Notes: generated by a model not told the origin, from the sequence alone. Shown: positions 36,248-51,112, counted from the whole stretch's first letter. The stretch: DNA of 63,527 bases, filler included, from Octopus bimaculoides (GCF_001194135.2; 6 parts of 5 records of this genome joined end to end with filler, not necessarily neighbours in it), one strand, 5' to 3'. Translations and numbers: made by a program.

Positions 36248-36553
36248 AAGAAGTAAAGACCCCTAGAAAGATCCCCTCCAAGGCACAAGTCAGGGCAGGG
36301 TTGTTTATGGAAGACCAGCAGTTGCCCTTGCATACCAGCCTCCCCTCTCCATGCCACTGATATTGTCCAAGGGAAAGGCAAAAACTGATACCACTTGGCA
36401 CCAGTGATGTTACAACTCATTTCTACAGATGAGTGAACTGGAGCAACATGAACTAAAGTGTCTTGTTCAAGAACACAACACATCCCAGTCTGGGAATCAA
36501 ACTCACTACCTTATGATTGTGAGCCCAACACTCTAACCACTGAACCATGTGCC
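36248..36553 (-). mobile_element. tRNA-derived SINE family D
   Basis: Minus-strand head GGCACATGGTTCAGTGGTTAGAG...GAGTTTGATTCC (A/B boxes), then gtgttcttgaacaagacacttta. Confidence 0.7.
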
Positions 36554-37836
36554 TTCTATTTTACATTTCTGGGATGAGATCTTTGCATAAGATAATGTCT
36601 CTGTTGTTATTGTTTAGCTCTAAGTCAACTCAGATCAAAGGTCGCAGGTATTGTTTGTGTAGTTAAGGTCGCTTCACAACCATGTGATTTCAGGTTTGAT
36701 CCTATCCTGTGCAGCACCTTGGGCAAGCATTTTCTGTCATAGTCTCAGGTTGAAAGAGTACTTTGTGTGTAGAATTTGGTTGATGGAAACGACACAGAAA
36801 TCAATTGCATATGGAATTTACAAACCCAAACTAAATTTCATTGTCTGATACTGGGGCAGGTGGGGATGGGGATAAAATAGTGTCTTTTTGTTGTTGTTTT
36901 GTTTTCTTTCAGTTCAGATGGAATGCAGTACTCCTGATCTTTTTACAGTGTCCCCCTAGGATTGGTGGAAGTGAGGGAGGGAGGAGAGTGTCTGCAAATT
37001 GGAGACCTGCCCATGTGTTGATGTGAAAAAGGTTTAATGGATTAAGTCTAGCACTAAAGTAGTCTCTAGCAAGATTTGAACTCAGAACATTGAGCTGGAT
37101 CAAATACCATAATGCACTTGATCTGATGTTCTTATAGTTCCGCTAATCAACCTCTCTGAATTGGTACTTTTTTCTCTTTTATTGATGAAAAAATGAATGA
37201 TAAAGTTGACCTCAGGATGTTAAAAATGTTGATGATAATGAATTCCATTTGTTATTATAGCTGTTTAGCTGCTGGTCTACTACTATCCATCAGACTTAAG
37301 ATCAAAGACAGTCATATAACCATTCCATCTATGTTTCAGATGTATTGTATTGAGAACTACATGATTCAATGTGCTTTATTGGTTCATATTCTTCCTGTTG
37401 TTGTTGTTTAACCCACATTATCTCTGACTGAACTGACCTGTGATAAAATTTTCAGGTTGAATTCCATTGACAAAACTTTCTTTCTTTCATTCATTCATTC
37501 TTTCTCTCTCCCTTTTTTTTCCTTCATTCCTTCTTTCTTTCTTCCACTGTTTGTTTCTTTCTTTTTGTAGTGAAGTTTCTTCAGAAATGAATGAATGAAT
37601 GTTATAGTAAATAGTCGCTGCATACCAGTTGCATCCATGAATACCTTCTAGATACTTAATTAATTAATCATATGCATTGAACCTCATCAAAGAAGCCAGT
37701 CTCCTATAAAAAGCATAGGACTTAGACTAGGTTTAGGACTGGGTAGACTAGTAAGGCCTGTTTCATAATGTTTGTTAAAACAATCTACAAGTATAACCAC
37801 TTTATGCAAAAGTAATTCCTTACCTGTTTTTGTTGA

Positions 37837-37879
<43 letters not shown>

Positions 37880-38434
37880 CAGCATTATTACGTGTACTCA
37901 TCACTAGTCAGCCTGTTTTCGACACAACATGAAAGCCCTTAAAAACCCAGCTTGCTTCTCAACACTAATACCATTCCAGTTGAAAATGCTTCTTTAAGGA
38001 AATCCTCTTCCCTACCTGATAATTGCTCCCCTACCCCTCCTTAAAATGTAACTCAGAGATCTAAGAAATCTGATAACAGCTGCACCATTCCTCTAACCTA
38101 TCAGCTCCTAGAATCCTTCTACAGTCTGTGGATCCAGTCCTTCATGTTTGGAGCTGCTCATGATTACAGTTGCTTCTTTGATTCCTTCTTTTCTCTTCCT
38201 TTCACACAAGCAACTAAAAATGCTTTTATATACTCACTGAATCATTTTCTGTCAGAAACCTACACGTTCTCTCTCTTTATTACACATGCACTCATACACA
38301 TGCAAAAATATAAACACACACATCATATATATATNNNNNNNNNNNNNNNNNNNNNNNNNNNNNNNNNNNNNNNNNNNNNNNNNNNNNNNNNNNNNNNNNN
38401 NNNNNNNNNNNNNNNNNNNNNNNNNNNNNNNNNN

Positions 38435-38810
38435 TGGTAAGTAGCTTGCTTACCAATCACATGGCTCAGGGTTCAGTCCCACTGCATGGCACCTTGGCAA
38501 GTGTCTTCTGCTATAGCCTTGGGCCAACCAAAGCCCTGTGAGTGGATTTGGTAGACGGAAACTGAAAGAAGCCAATCATATATATATATGTATGTATGTG
38601 TTTGTATGTCTGTTTCCCCCCACCTCCACACCTTCACTTGACAACTGATGTTGGTGTGTCTATGTCCCCATAACTTAGCGGTACGGCAATAGAGACCAAT
38701 AGAATAAGTACGAGGCTTACAAAGAATAAGTTCTGGGGTTGATTTGTTCGACTAAAGGTGGTGCTCCAACATGGCCGCAGTCAAATGACTGAAACAAATA
38801 AAAGAGTAAA
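38435..38810 (+). mobile_element. SINE family A, near full length
   Basis: Head, (TATG/TG) middle and 3' end gtggtgctccaacatggccgcagtcaaatgactgaaacaa. Confidence 0.9.
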
Positions 38811-38811
38811 G

Positions 38812-38847
<36 letters not shown>

Positions 38848-38848
<1 letters not shown>

Positions 38849-39220
38849 CTTGTTTCAATCATTAAACTGTGACCATGCTGGGGTACCAGCTTGAAGAATT
38901 TTTAGTCATATTAATCAACCCCAGTATTTCCTATTTCTTGTTAAACATTGTACTTATTCAATCAGTTTCTCTTGACCGACTGCTAAGTCACGGGGATGTA
39001 AACATACCAACACCAGCTGTCAAGTTGTGGTGGGGTACAAACACAGACACAAAAACATACATACATACACACAATAGGTTTCTTTCAGTTTCCATCTACC
39101 AAATCTACTCACAAGGCTTTGGTTGGCCTGAGGCTATAGTAGAAGACACTTACCCAAGGTGCCATGCAGTGAGACTGAATCTGGAATCATGTGGTTGGGA
39201 AGCAAGCTTCTTAACACACA
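38848..39220 (-). mobile_element. SINE family A, near full length, tail-to-tail with the 38435 copy
   Basis: Reverse complement matches family A throughout. Confidence 0.85.
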
Positions 39221-39899
39221 TCTGTCCCTTTTATTTATATATTTATAGAAATAAAAGCATAAGTTGTATTATCATTGTATGCGAAAAGTCTTACTCTTTA
39301 TTTATATTTACAAACACACATATACATTTTAAAATAAGCTCTAGACTGGAAATGCTATTCTCAATGTATGAATGAAGTTAATAATTCTAAACTTCACTAG
39401 TTCTATTTTATCCTTCACTTCATTCAATTTCATTTCTCTTCTTCCAACTCCACTCTTCCTTACCAATCTTATCAACAGTAGTTCCAATATATATTTTGGT
39501 AAAATAGCTCACATCCAGTTGCTTCACAGCAGTTTAAATATTGTTAACTTTTATTATCAATTTTCCCAAAATACTTCCTCACCATAGTGCATTGGGTCAC
39601 ACACTATTCTCTTATCTGTCTTTTCCTGGAACGATGCCCTCTTAAATAATCTTCAAATCCGTCTTATAACTATTCTGGTTTCCTGCCAGTTTCAACAAAT
39701 TTCCACTTGTAACACTATAAATTTGGCAACTTTCCCTTGAGCATTTCTATTTTTTTTACTTTCTTTCTGTTTCAATTTCCATTAAAAAAGGACTTTTTTT
39801 GTTTTGTTTTTAAATATAAACTATTTTCATAAACAGACGACTTGAGTGAAAAGCAAATATTATGAATGGCATGCTTACACCCACACATACATGAACACT

Positions 39900-39967
39900 T
39901 TAATCTCTCTCTCCCTCTCTGTCAGTCTCTCTCTCTCTCCCTCTCTGTCAGTCTCTCTCTCTCTCTC

Positions 39968-40006
<39 letters not shown>

Positions 40007-40077
40007 CATGTATGTAAATATATGTAAGTACATATATGTATGTGTATCTATATCTCTCTCTCTCTCTCAGATATATA

Positions 40078-40117
<40 letters not shown>

Positions 40118-40330
40118 CATGCATATATGTGTGTGTATATATACATATGCATGCATATGTGTGTGTATATATACATATGCATGCATGTGTGTGTATATAT
40201 ACATATGTATGCATATGTGTGTGTCTGTACATATGTATGCATATGTGTGTATATACATTTGTATGCACATGCATGTATATACATAACATATGTATGCATA
40301 TGTGTGTGTATATATATATGAATTTGTAAT
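39900..40330. repeat. Compound (CT)n/(TA)n/(TATG/CATG) microsatellite
   Basis: Read directly; it accounts for the YIY/VCV ORFs in this interval. Confidence 0.9.
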
Positions 40331-41467
40331 GCATATATTGAATGTTCGGTATGTTTCAAGTAAAAAGCCAATAAAGCATGCTCACTGCCTATGGCTACCT
40401 GACATCATCCAGTGTTAATACATCAGGAATTCTTCAGAGTATGTTGAGTATATAACAAATGATAGAGATGTAAAATGGAAGACACAGGTATCTTTATTGC
40501 TCACAATTGTTTCGACACATCCTGCATTGGTCTCGCATGAGTGGGATACTATACATCTGGTTGTGGTGCATCCTTTGGTGCAGATGCATCTCCTCCATTA
40601 ATATTAAAAGGGGTATCTCATTAAATAGACTCTGTTTTGCTCAGTTTTAATACAGAATGTTTAAGCCATTAGGTAGAAATAGTTAGGGGTGGATTATATA
40701 TATATTCTGTTATGTGTCTCAGGCTAAATGTTGTGGTCATGACAGGGCATCTTTTCAGTAGCCATTCCTCTCTGGTTGGGTTCCTATAAGGGATTTTCAT
40801 ATTGCTGCCTCTGTTTCAGCTTCTTGACATTATGTGGGTTTATGGGGTATCTTGGCCAGCAAAAGTTCAAAGTGTTTCTTGAAAACATCTATACCCACTC
40901 TATATACATCCATAAGATATTTTTGCTTAATATTAAATACTATGGGCCTGAGATATATGTAAACAAATATATATATATATANNNNNNNNNNNNNNNNNNN
41001 NNNNNNNNNNNNNNNNNNNNNNNNNNNNNNNNNNNNNNNNNNNNNNNNNNNNNNNNNNNNNNNNNNNNNNNNNNNNNNNNNNNNNNNNNNNNNNNNNNNN
41101 NNNNNNNNNNNNNNNNNNNNNNNNNNNNNNNNNNNNNNNNNNNNNNNNNNNNNNNNNNNNNNNNNNNNNNNNNNNNNNNNNNNNNNNNNNNNNNNNNNNN
41201 NNNNNNNNNNNNNNNNNNNNNNNNNNNNNNNNNNNNNNNNNNNNNNNNNNNNNNNNNNNNNNNNNNNNNNNNNNNNNNNNNNNNNNNNNNNNNNNNNNNN
41301 NNNNNNNNNNNNNNNNNNNNNNNNNNNNNNNNNNNNNNNNNNNNNNNNNNNNNNNNNNNNNNNNNNNNNNNNNNNNNNNNNNNNNNNNNNNNNNNNNNNN
41401 NNNNNNNNNNNNNNNNNNNNNNNNNNNNNNNNNNNNNNNNNNNATGTGTATATATATTTATATGTTG

Positions 41468-41497
<30 letters not shown>

Positions 41498-41498
<1 letters not shown>

Positions 41499-42072
41499 CA
41501 TCATCGTTTAACGTCCGCTTTCCATGCTAGCATGGGTTGGACAATTTGACTGAGGACTGGTGAGTCAGATGGCTACACCAGGCTCCAATCTGATTTGGCA
41601 GAGTTTCTACAGCCGGATACCCTTCCTAACGCCAACCACTCTGAGTGTGTAGTGGGTGCTTTTACATGCCACCTGCACGAAAGCCAGTCAGGAAGTACTG
41701 GCAACAGCCACGCTCGAAATGGTGTATTTTACATGCCACCTGCATGGGAGCCAGTCCAGCGGTACTGGCAACGAACTCGCTTGAATGTCACGCTCAAATG
41801 GTGCTGTTTATGTGCCACAGGCACGGAAGCCAGACAGCTGGTGATCTGGCAATGATCACGCTCGGGCGGTGCTCTTAGTGCTCCACTGGTACAGGTGCCA
41901 TCACGATTTCGCTTTCACTTGCTCCAACAGGTCTTCGCAAGCTGAGTTTAGTGTTCAATGAAAGAGACGTTGGCATGGTTGCCAGTCTACAAATTTAGTT
42001 CGATTTTGATTTCACTTGCCTCAACAGGTCTTCACAAGCGGAGTTTAGTGTCCAATGAAGGAAAGGAACGCA
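41498..42072 (-). mobile_element. Non-autonomous RTE-tail element (same head as the 21123 copy)
   Basis: (CAT)n + gtttaacgtccgctttccatgctagcatgggttggac at 41498; head repeats at 41880-42072 match 21130-21300. Confidence 0.88.
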
Positions 42073-42172
42073 NNNNNNNNNNNNNNNNNNNNNNNNNNNN
42101 NNNNNNNNNNNNNNNNTTAATTAATTAANNNNNNNNNNNNNNNNNNNNNNNNNNNNNNNNNNNNNNNNNNNN
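42073..42172. other. Artificial scaffold-joining linker 4
   Basis: 44 N + TTAATTAATTAA + 44 N. Confidence 0.95.
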
Positions 42173-42482
42173 TATATATATATATATTTATGTATGTATG
42201 TATGTATATATGCATATATATATATACATACCCACACATGCAGACACATCACTAAATGTATGTTACCAAGTATTTTCACACACATAATATAAGCATATTT
42301 TGATAATATATTCTTAGATTGTGTATCAGTACGCTTATTACCATTGTAGTTAACAATTATTTGAAAGGACTATTTAGATACAGAAATGCACCGCTTATTT
42401 AACTTAGAAACGTATATACTCACTGCATGTAAATATCTAACAACATACCAAACTCACCGAAACAGGACTATGTATACATACA

Positions 42483-42513
<31 letters not shown>

Positions 42514-45500
42514 GTGCATAGAAACACGCATGCATAATTTTCATGTTTGTGTTTAATAATGTTGTCTTTATTTTCCAATCGTTGAAATTATCAATATCTT
42601 GAACTGGCAGGATTAATACACAAACACGTGGATATAATTAAAATAATAAACCTAGGACGGTTTATACATATCTGCAGAGAGTCTTTATCTCTCATGTTTC
42701 AACCGTGAAATCTCTCACTGACGCGCGCATACACTTTCATACGCCGATTTATACATTCATGCTTGTTTACATGTAAACACGTATACATATCCGCCTATTT
42801 TCGTAAATATAGCTATTGGGAATCAATCTATCGAAAACAATTTGATGCTGGTTTTCTTTACTATGGTTATTATTTTTGATGTTATTATTTGTTATTATTA
42901 TTATGATTATTATTATTATTATTATTGTTGTTGTTGTTGTTAATTTCAGTTTAATAATCAGATGTATTTCTTTTTTGCTCACCCATATTCTGTGATTTTA
43001 TAATGTAATATGGGGTGGGGGTTGGTGTACACTTCTACATTACTATAGATATATTTAGTTTGAATTTGTTATATCTGTTGGTAGGAATAACTTATTTTCA
43101 AAAAAAAAAAAAAAATTCTTTTGTAATCGTAAACGGAAAAGCTTGCAAATATACTTTTTCGTACCCATCTAGAAACCTGAACGATTGCATATGCATTTTT
43201 ATTGAAAGCAAACATAAATAATAACAAATTACGCATCTAAGCAAAATAAACTTATTTCACAATACCACAAATGATTTTATATTAGACAGCAACAGTAATG
43301 TTAAAAATTTAAACTTCACGTCTGATGTGATAATAATATTAGCAGCAATAACATAATCCTGCTTATTTCACCAACTGAAGGGATAAATGTACCGCTTGAA
43401 TTAAAAGATAAGGAAAGTGTTTCTAAACTTTCCATAGAACAACATTGATTAAAAGGGATGGTAGATAGAAATTCCTAGCGGAGAAAAATTCTGCTTTATA
43501 AAACTGCGCAACAAAAGTAGCCATAATTTTTCTCCAGCCTATTAACAATGAGCAAGGAAATATCTAAAATAAAGTATCTCTACAACTTGAAAACTATAGG
43601 ATATGCTATGACCTGCAGAAAAATATAGATGAGGACGATACTCATCGACGTGCGGAATAATATCTTGCCCATCGGCTGTGTTAGACTCTACAGAACTATA
43701 CGGTCGATTTTGGAAATGGAGGATGTGGAGAAACAGATAATGTTATAAAAAAAGACCTGGTGTTTCGTACAAGCCCAGAATTTCATACTAAGTAACTTGG
43801 GCGGCACAGCATAAGTCATAAGACGAACGATTAAATGATTGTTTCTGAAAGTATTGTCCCTTGGTAAGAAGTCACTTCTGCTGCATAATGATACAAGCTG
43901 GCTCACGCAAAGGTGACCAAAAGCGATGTGTGGTCGGTCGGGATCTCAATGGCACTACGTTTCTTTTTGATCTTTGAAGAGCATAGATTGATTCTGTAGC
44001 TGAGCCTCAATGTGGGAGAAGTAATCTAAACCAAGGCAACAGTAAAATCTGCAAGTATTGTAACATAACTCAGATGCTGCTATTCTTAAGGAGCAGCTAG
44101 TCATCATCACCACTTTATTTTATTTATAGATTTATTTTTATTTATTTATTTTTTTAATTTTTGATGATGCTAGTTATAGCTTTTCTACTTGTCACGCTGC
44201 ATTCCACTGGATATCCAAAGCACAAATACGATCGTCAAAAGACAATAAATCAAAGTAATATCAAAATCGTAATTTCTCGACACACTAATAGAGTAGTGGA
44301 TTTAAAGTCTGCTAAGTGAAAAGGATACAATAATTGTTGCTAGCCTGATGTAGGAAACAGATTTTAAAATCATATTCCTTAAATAAAAAAAATTTAGAGG
44401 TTTTCCACACAAACCAAAATATCACAATGATATTCGCATAAGGAAACAAAATGCATAAACAGTTAGGCATGTACGCACTCGCACAAACGTATCCCTTTCA
44501 AGATTATACATATATATAATATATATGCATATATATATATATGTCAACATATATATATACGTATAAACGTTCCTCTACGCGNNNNNNNNNNNNNNNNNNN
44601 NNNNNNNNNNNNNNNNNNNNNNNNNNNNNNNNNNNNNNNNNNNNNNNNNNNNNNNNNNNNNNNNNNNNNNNNNNNNNNNNNNNNNNNNNNNNNNNNNNNN
44701 NNNNNNNNNNNNNNNNNNNNNNNNNNNNNNNNNNNNNNNNNNNNNNNNNNNNNNNNNNNNNNNNNNNNNNNNNNNNNNNNNNNNNNNNNNNNNNNNNNNN
44801 NNNNNNNNNNNNNNNNNNNNNNNNNNNNNNNNNNNNNNNNNNNNNNNNNNNNNNNNNNNNNNNNNNNNNNNNNNNNNNNNNNNNNNNNNNNNNNNNNNNN
44901 NNNNNNNNNNNNNNNNNNNNNNNNNNNNNNNNNNNNNNNNNNNNNNNNNNNNNNNNNNNNNNNNNNNNNNNNNNNNNNNNNNNNNNNNNNNNNNNNNNNN
45001 NNNNNNNNNNNNNNNNNNNNNNNNNNNNNNNNNNNNNNNNNNNNNNNNNNNNNNNNNNNNNNNNNNNNNNNNNNNNNNNNNNNNNNNNNNNNTATATATA
45101 TATATATATATATATATATGTCAACATATATATATACGTATAAACGTTCCTCTACGCGTGTTTATATACAAGAATCAATACATTAACTCTAATTACATAC
45201 ATTAGAATTTAAATATCATCTCTAATTTCGAAAGCTATTGACATCTTTGTAAGTTGTTGAGAATATTCAGTATTCAAATAAGTAAATAATTTCAAATATT
45301 TTACAGGCTTAATGATTAAGTGTTTACTAAGATGAACATAACTTTGGAATCGATTCCGCTCAGAAGAAAGTAATATATCTACTGCAAAAATGTTGACATT
45401 TAAACACATTTATATAGAAAGGTCTATTGCGGCTTAATAACTTCGGGATGCCCTGTTAAATGGAGTGTGACGATTTTGCCATGATATGCGTTGCTAGTAA

Positions 45501-45602
45501 CGCATTGAGAAAAGCAGGGTATCATAATATCCGATAATCTGGTGATATATTCATACGTACTTAAACAGACACACAAACCCACATACACACTCATATAATA
45601 TA

Positions 45603-45633
<31 letters not shown>

Positions 45634-46892
45634 NNNNNNNNNNNNNNNNNNNNNNNNNNNNNNNNNNNNNNNNNNNNNNNNNNNNNNNNNNNNNNNNNNN
45701 NNNNNNNNNNNNNNNNNNNNNNNNNNNNNNNNNNNNNNNNNNNNNNNNNNNNNNNNNNNNNNNNNNNNNNNNNNNNNNNNNNNNNNNNNNNNNNNNNNNN
45801 NNNNNNNNNNNNNNNNNNNNNNNNNNNNNNNNNNNNNNNNNNNNNNNNNNNNNNNNNNNNNNNNNNNNNNNNNNNNNNNNNNNNNNNNNNNNNNNNNNNN
45901 NNNNNNNNNNNNNNNNNNNNNNNNNNNNNNNNNNNNNNNNNNNNNNNNNNNNNNNNNNNNNNNNNNNNNNNNNNNNNNNNNNNNNNNNNNNNNNNNNNNN
46001 NNNNNNNNNNNNNNNNNNNNNNNNNNNNNNNNNNNNNNNNNNNNNNNNNNNNNNNNNNNNNNNNNNNNNNNNNNNNNNNNNNNNNNNNNNNNNNNNNNNN
46101 NNNNNNNNNNNNNNNNNNNNNNNNNNNNNNNNNNNNNNNNNNNNNNNNNNNNNNNNNNNNNNNNNNNNNNNNNNNNNNNNNNNNNNNNNNNNNNNNNNNN
46201 NNNNNNNNNNNNNNNNNNNNNNNNNNNNNNNNNNNNNNNNNNNNNNNNNNNNNNNNNNNNNNNNNNNNNNNNNNNNNNNNNNNNNNNNNNNNNNNNNNNN
46301 NNNNNNNNNNNNNNNNNNNNNNNNNNNNNNNNNNNNNNNNNNNNNNNNNNNNNNNNNNNNNNNNNNNNNNNNNNNNNNNNNNNNNNNNNNNNNNNNNNNN
46401 NNNNNNNNNNNNNNNNNNNNNNNNNNNNNNNNNNNNNNNNNNNNNNNNNNNNNNNNNNNNNNNNNNNNNNNNNNNNNNNNNNNNNNNNNNNNNNNNNNNN
46501 NNNNNNNNNNNNNNNNNNNNNNNNNNNNNNNNNNNNNNNNNNGTCTGTATAAGCTATGTAAACCATGCAAATGAATAATCAATTTATTAGAGACAAACAT
46601 TGAATTACAGAGGGCTAAAGTAGTGCAAGATGGCACGGAATAAGCCTCAACAGAAAAATTCGTTGTTTATCGCCAAGATAATATGGGTCGTTGAGTTCAG
46701 ATATTGCGTTGGAATGGTCCTAGTAATGATCTTTCTATTGCGAATATTTTCAGTTAGACATATAGTTAACAATAGTTAAACTGTTAAATGCCTCTGGATA
46801 ATCCTCAAAAGAAAAGTTATAGTTATATATGATGTATGTCATTATACTACGCGCATGCGACTTTGAGTGTGTGTGATTTTATGGATATACGC

Positions 46893-46926
<34 letters not shown>

Positions 46927-47290
46927 NNNNNNNNNNNNNNNNNNNNNNNNNNNNNNNNNNNNNNNNNNNNNNNNNNNNNNNNNNNNNNNNNNNNNNNNNN
47001 NNNNNNNNNNNNNNNNNNNNNNNNNNNNNNNNNNNNNNNNNNNNNNNNNNNNNNNNNNNNNNNNNNNNNNNNNNNNNNNNNNNNNNNNNNNNNNNNNNNN
47101 NNNNNNNNNNNNNNNNNNNNNNNNNNNNNNNNNNNNNNNNNNNNNNNNNNNNNNNNNNNNNNNNNNNNNNNNNNNNNNNNNNNNNNNNNNNNNNNNNNNN
47201 NNNNNNNNNNNNNNNNNNNNNNNNNNNNNNNNNNNNNNNNNNNNNNNNNNNNNNNNNNNNNNNNNNNNNNNNNNNNNNNNNNNNNNNNNN

Positions 47291-47356
<66 letters not shown>

Positions 47357-48310
47357 GTGTGCACATCATGGAATATGTCTATAGCCAAAATTTTAATCAC
47401 TTGCTAAATTATTAAATAATATTTTGTATAGTTGCAGAATATGCGGCAAGAAGCCATTTTGGTTCCAACTATTAAATGCCGTAAGAATCTCAATCATGGT
47501 TTCACTTATACATTACTTAAAACGACATCATATTTACTATTCATTTTTAATAAACTTCGTAGTACCGGACAGGAAACTAAATATTGGCTGGATTTTATTT
47601 CTGAGCATAAAGAGAGCATAATCAATTTTAAATTTACTTTGCATGAGAATCAAGGCAGAACAATTATGGTATTTCATCACAGCGGTTTACATCGCTGACT
47701 TCTTGAGGTAATCATGATATGCAAAGTTCTCTCAGGGTGGTAAAAAGACCATTTAGAAAATTTGAGTACTGCGGTGGGTGTTATAGAGTTGTATTGAAAG
47801 AAACACCGAAAATGTAATGTAAATGTAACTTTCGTGCAAACTGTCCAATTAAAGGTACATGCACTCAAAGGTTTCGTTTTTAATTCAAAATTATACTATG
47901 CATCCATGATAACGGGACATAACTCTACAAATATATATGGATTAAACTGGGGATAATTGCATATCGGTAGAATGAGAACACTCCCAAATGGGATAGAAAT
48001 ATCCAAAGAGGTGATAATCATTAATGTACCCAGGAAAAACCCTTGGAAGAAAAAGAGAACAGCATAATAAAGCAATTTTTATATCATTGTAAAGATTATA
48101 CTTCTATTTTTGAATTATGGGTAATAATGATACACATAAAAGACATATAGTATTCAAATCGAGAACAGAACTGGACTGGCATATATATATTTATCAGTGC
48201 CGCAAAAATTAAAGATTAATTCAATCTCAGAAGGTGAACGCGCGTATAAAGTTAGTTTAAGCTATATGCATATATAAATATCTACATATATGTATACACA
48301 CACACACACT

Positions 48311-48341
<31 letters not shown>

Positions 48342-49629
48342 ACAATATATATANNNNNNNNNNNNNNNNNNNNNNNNNNNNNNNNNNNNNNNNNNNNNNN
48401 NNNNNNNNNNNNNNNNNNNNNNNNNNNNNNNNNNNNNNNNNNNNNNNNNNNNNNNNNNNNNNNNNNNNNNNNNNNNNNNNNNNNNNNNNNNNNNNNNNNN
48501 NNNNNNNNNNNNNNNNNNNNNNNNNNNNNNNNNNNNNNNNNNNNNNNNNNNNNNNNNNNNNNNNNNNNNNNNNNNNNNNNNNNNNNNNNNNNNNNNNNNN
48601 NNNNNNNNNNNNNNNNNNNNNNNNNNNNNNNNNNNNNNNNNNNNNNNNNNNNNNNNNNNNNNNNNNNNNNNNNNNNNNNNNNNNNNNNNNNNNNNNNNNN
48701 NNNNNNNNNNNNNNNNNNNNNNNNNNNNNNNNNNNNNNNNNNNNNNNNNNNNNNNNNNNNNNNNNNNNNNNNNNNNNNNNNNNNNNNNNNNNNNNNNNNN
48801 NNNNNNNNNNNNNNNNNNNNNNNNNNNNNNNNNNNNNNNNNNNNNNNNNNNNNNNNNNNNNNNNNNNNNNNNNNNNNNNNNNNNNNNNNNNNNNNNNNNN
48901 NNNNNNNNNNNNNNNNNNNNNNNNNNNNNNNNNNNNNNNNNNNNNNNNNNNNNNNNNNNNNNNNNNNNNNNNNNNNNNNNNNNNNNNNNNNNNNNNNNNN
49001 NNNNNNNNNNNNNNNNNATATATATATATATACATATACATATATAATATAAGCATATATATATATATATATATATATGGACATATGCTGCCTATCTTTC
49101 TTCCATCAAATTTGATGAAAATGCTGCGAAATGGTTAGTATTTGCAAGACGAATATGAAATGAGTAGTTCCGTGAGAATCCTGTGTCTGAGAGCACAGCT
49201 GATAACGGCGAAGGAGAATTCCAAGTATATAAAATAAAAATTTTTTTAAATGGAATGATTCTACATTAAAATAGCACAGCACCAAAATTAGTTACTTCGT
49301 CTGTAGTTTCGTTTATTACTCTGTGACACGGAATCACAATAGATGGAAAATAAATGGTTTGATAAATTGTAACTGATACACACATGCACGCACACACACG
49401 CGCACACAGACACATATATATGTATGTGTGTATGCATGTATGTATTGTATGTATAAGGGTATACTTCACTTAAACGAACGATATACCTATAGGCCCCTGA
49501 GATAGTAAACTACATTCCAAGCACTCACAATCATAAATTGATGTATAAATACAAAGAGATACAGGGACACATGAACGACAAGATTGACATAAAGATAGAT
49601 GGATACATACATGCTAACGCATACTTTAT

Positions 49630-49660
<31 letters not shown>

Positions 49661-50227
49661 ACTGGAACTATATGTGAATATGTGTATATAGATATATATA
49701 AATATACAGTCATACGCACACATATAAATGTGTATATATAAATATATTTATATATATGTTATATATATATAGATGTGTATATATATATCTGGTTAATACA
49801 TGCATGTATCGATGTATGAATGTATGTATGTATACAAAGATACGCATGCATAAAATGCATGGACATACCTAAACAGAAAATGCACACACCTAAACACAAG
49901 CTAATGCATTTTAACTGAACAATCAAAAATGATTTGATGAACAATTTGAAATTACGGAAATAATTTTCAAAAATGTTTATAACCTAATCTCAAAAAAATA
50001 TGCTCGGTACTCAGTCATTTTTTGAATATCATTATCAACGTCCTCATAGATATTATAATGGTTCCATCTGTTGCTATCGTTGTAATATCTTTGCACATGT
50101 TTGTCGCCTGTGTTTGCCATTTCTTCACTGTAATAATCGTTGTGGTTACATTGTCATGAACACTAATTTTACAAAATACTTCTATTGAGCCATTTTGTGT
50201 TTACTAAATAATAAAACTAAAAACAAC

Positions 50228-50239
50228 AACAGCAATAAC

Positions 50240-50324
<85 letters not shown>

Positions 50325-50325
50325 T
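50228..50325. repeat. (AAT)n microsatellite
   Basis: About 30 units. Confidence 0.95.
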
Positions 50326-50329
50326 TTTA

Positions 50330-51060
50330 ACAATAATGGTTTCAAATTTGGTACAAGGCCAGCTATAGGGGAAGTGGGGTTGATAAGTTTATCACATCGA
50401 CCCCAGTACTTGATTGGTATTATTTTATCAGCTCCCCAAAAAGTTCAAAGACAAATTCGACGTTGGTGGAATTCGAACTCAGAATATAAAGAGACGGATG
50501 AGATTCTGTTAAGAATTGTATATGCCATGCTAACACTCTTGAATGCTCATCGTTTCTATTATAGGCACAAGGCCCTGAAATTTTAGGTGTGGCGTAGTCG
50601 ACTGAGTCGACTGAGTCGCCCCGCCACCCGACAGAAGGGAAGCTAAGGCCGAACTCGAATGAATTTGAATTCAGAACTTACAAACAGACGAAATGACACT
50701 AAACAGTTTGTCCGGCATCTGAGCGTCCCTGTGAGCTCGCCGCTTTGCGCCGCCTTTAATAATAAATGACAATATAAATAATGATAATTATTATATAAAT
50801 GAAACGAATATTCTCCTCATCAATAATAATAATAATAATAATATTAATAATGATAATAATAATAATAATAATCTTTTCTTCTGTAGTTACAACGCCTGAA
50901 ATTTTCGGGGAGACAAGAATCGATTACTCCGACCTCAATAGGACCTCAGTTTTATTTTATCGACCTCGGAGGAATTAAAATTCAGTAAGTGAAGACAGAC
51001 GAAATGCCTCTAAACCTTTTTGTCCAGCGTGCTAAATAGTCTGCAAGCTCGGCGCCTAAA
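50330..51060 (-). mobile_element. Three tandem SINE family B copies interleaved with (AAT)n
   Basis: Units at about 50330-50555, 50560-50755 and 50870-51058 share acaaggcc...gaattcgaactcaga...agacggatga/gacgaaatg. Confidence 0.75.
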
Positions 51061-51081
51061 TAATAATAATAATAATAATAG

Positions 51082-51112
<31 letters not shown>

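Noticed and set aside
43890-43965. KSDVWSVGI, resembling protein kinase subdomain IX
   Set aside because: There is an in-frame stop 9 codons upstream, no APE motif at the right spacing and no convincing splice sites; likely chance.
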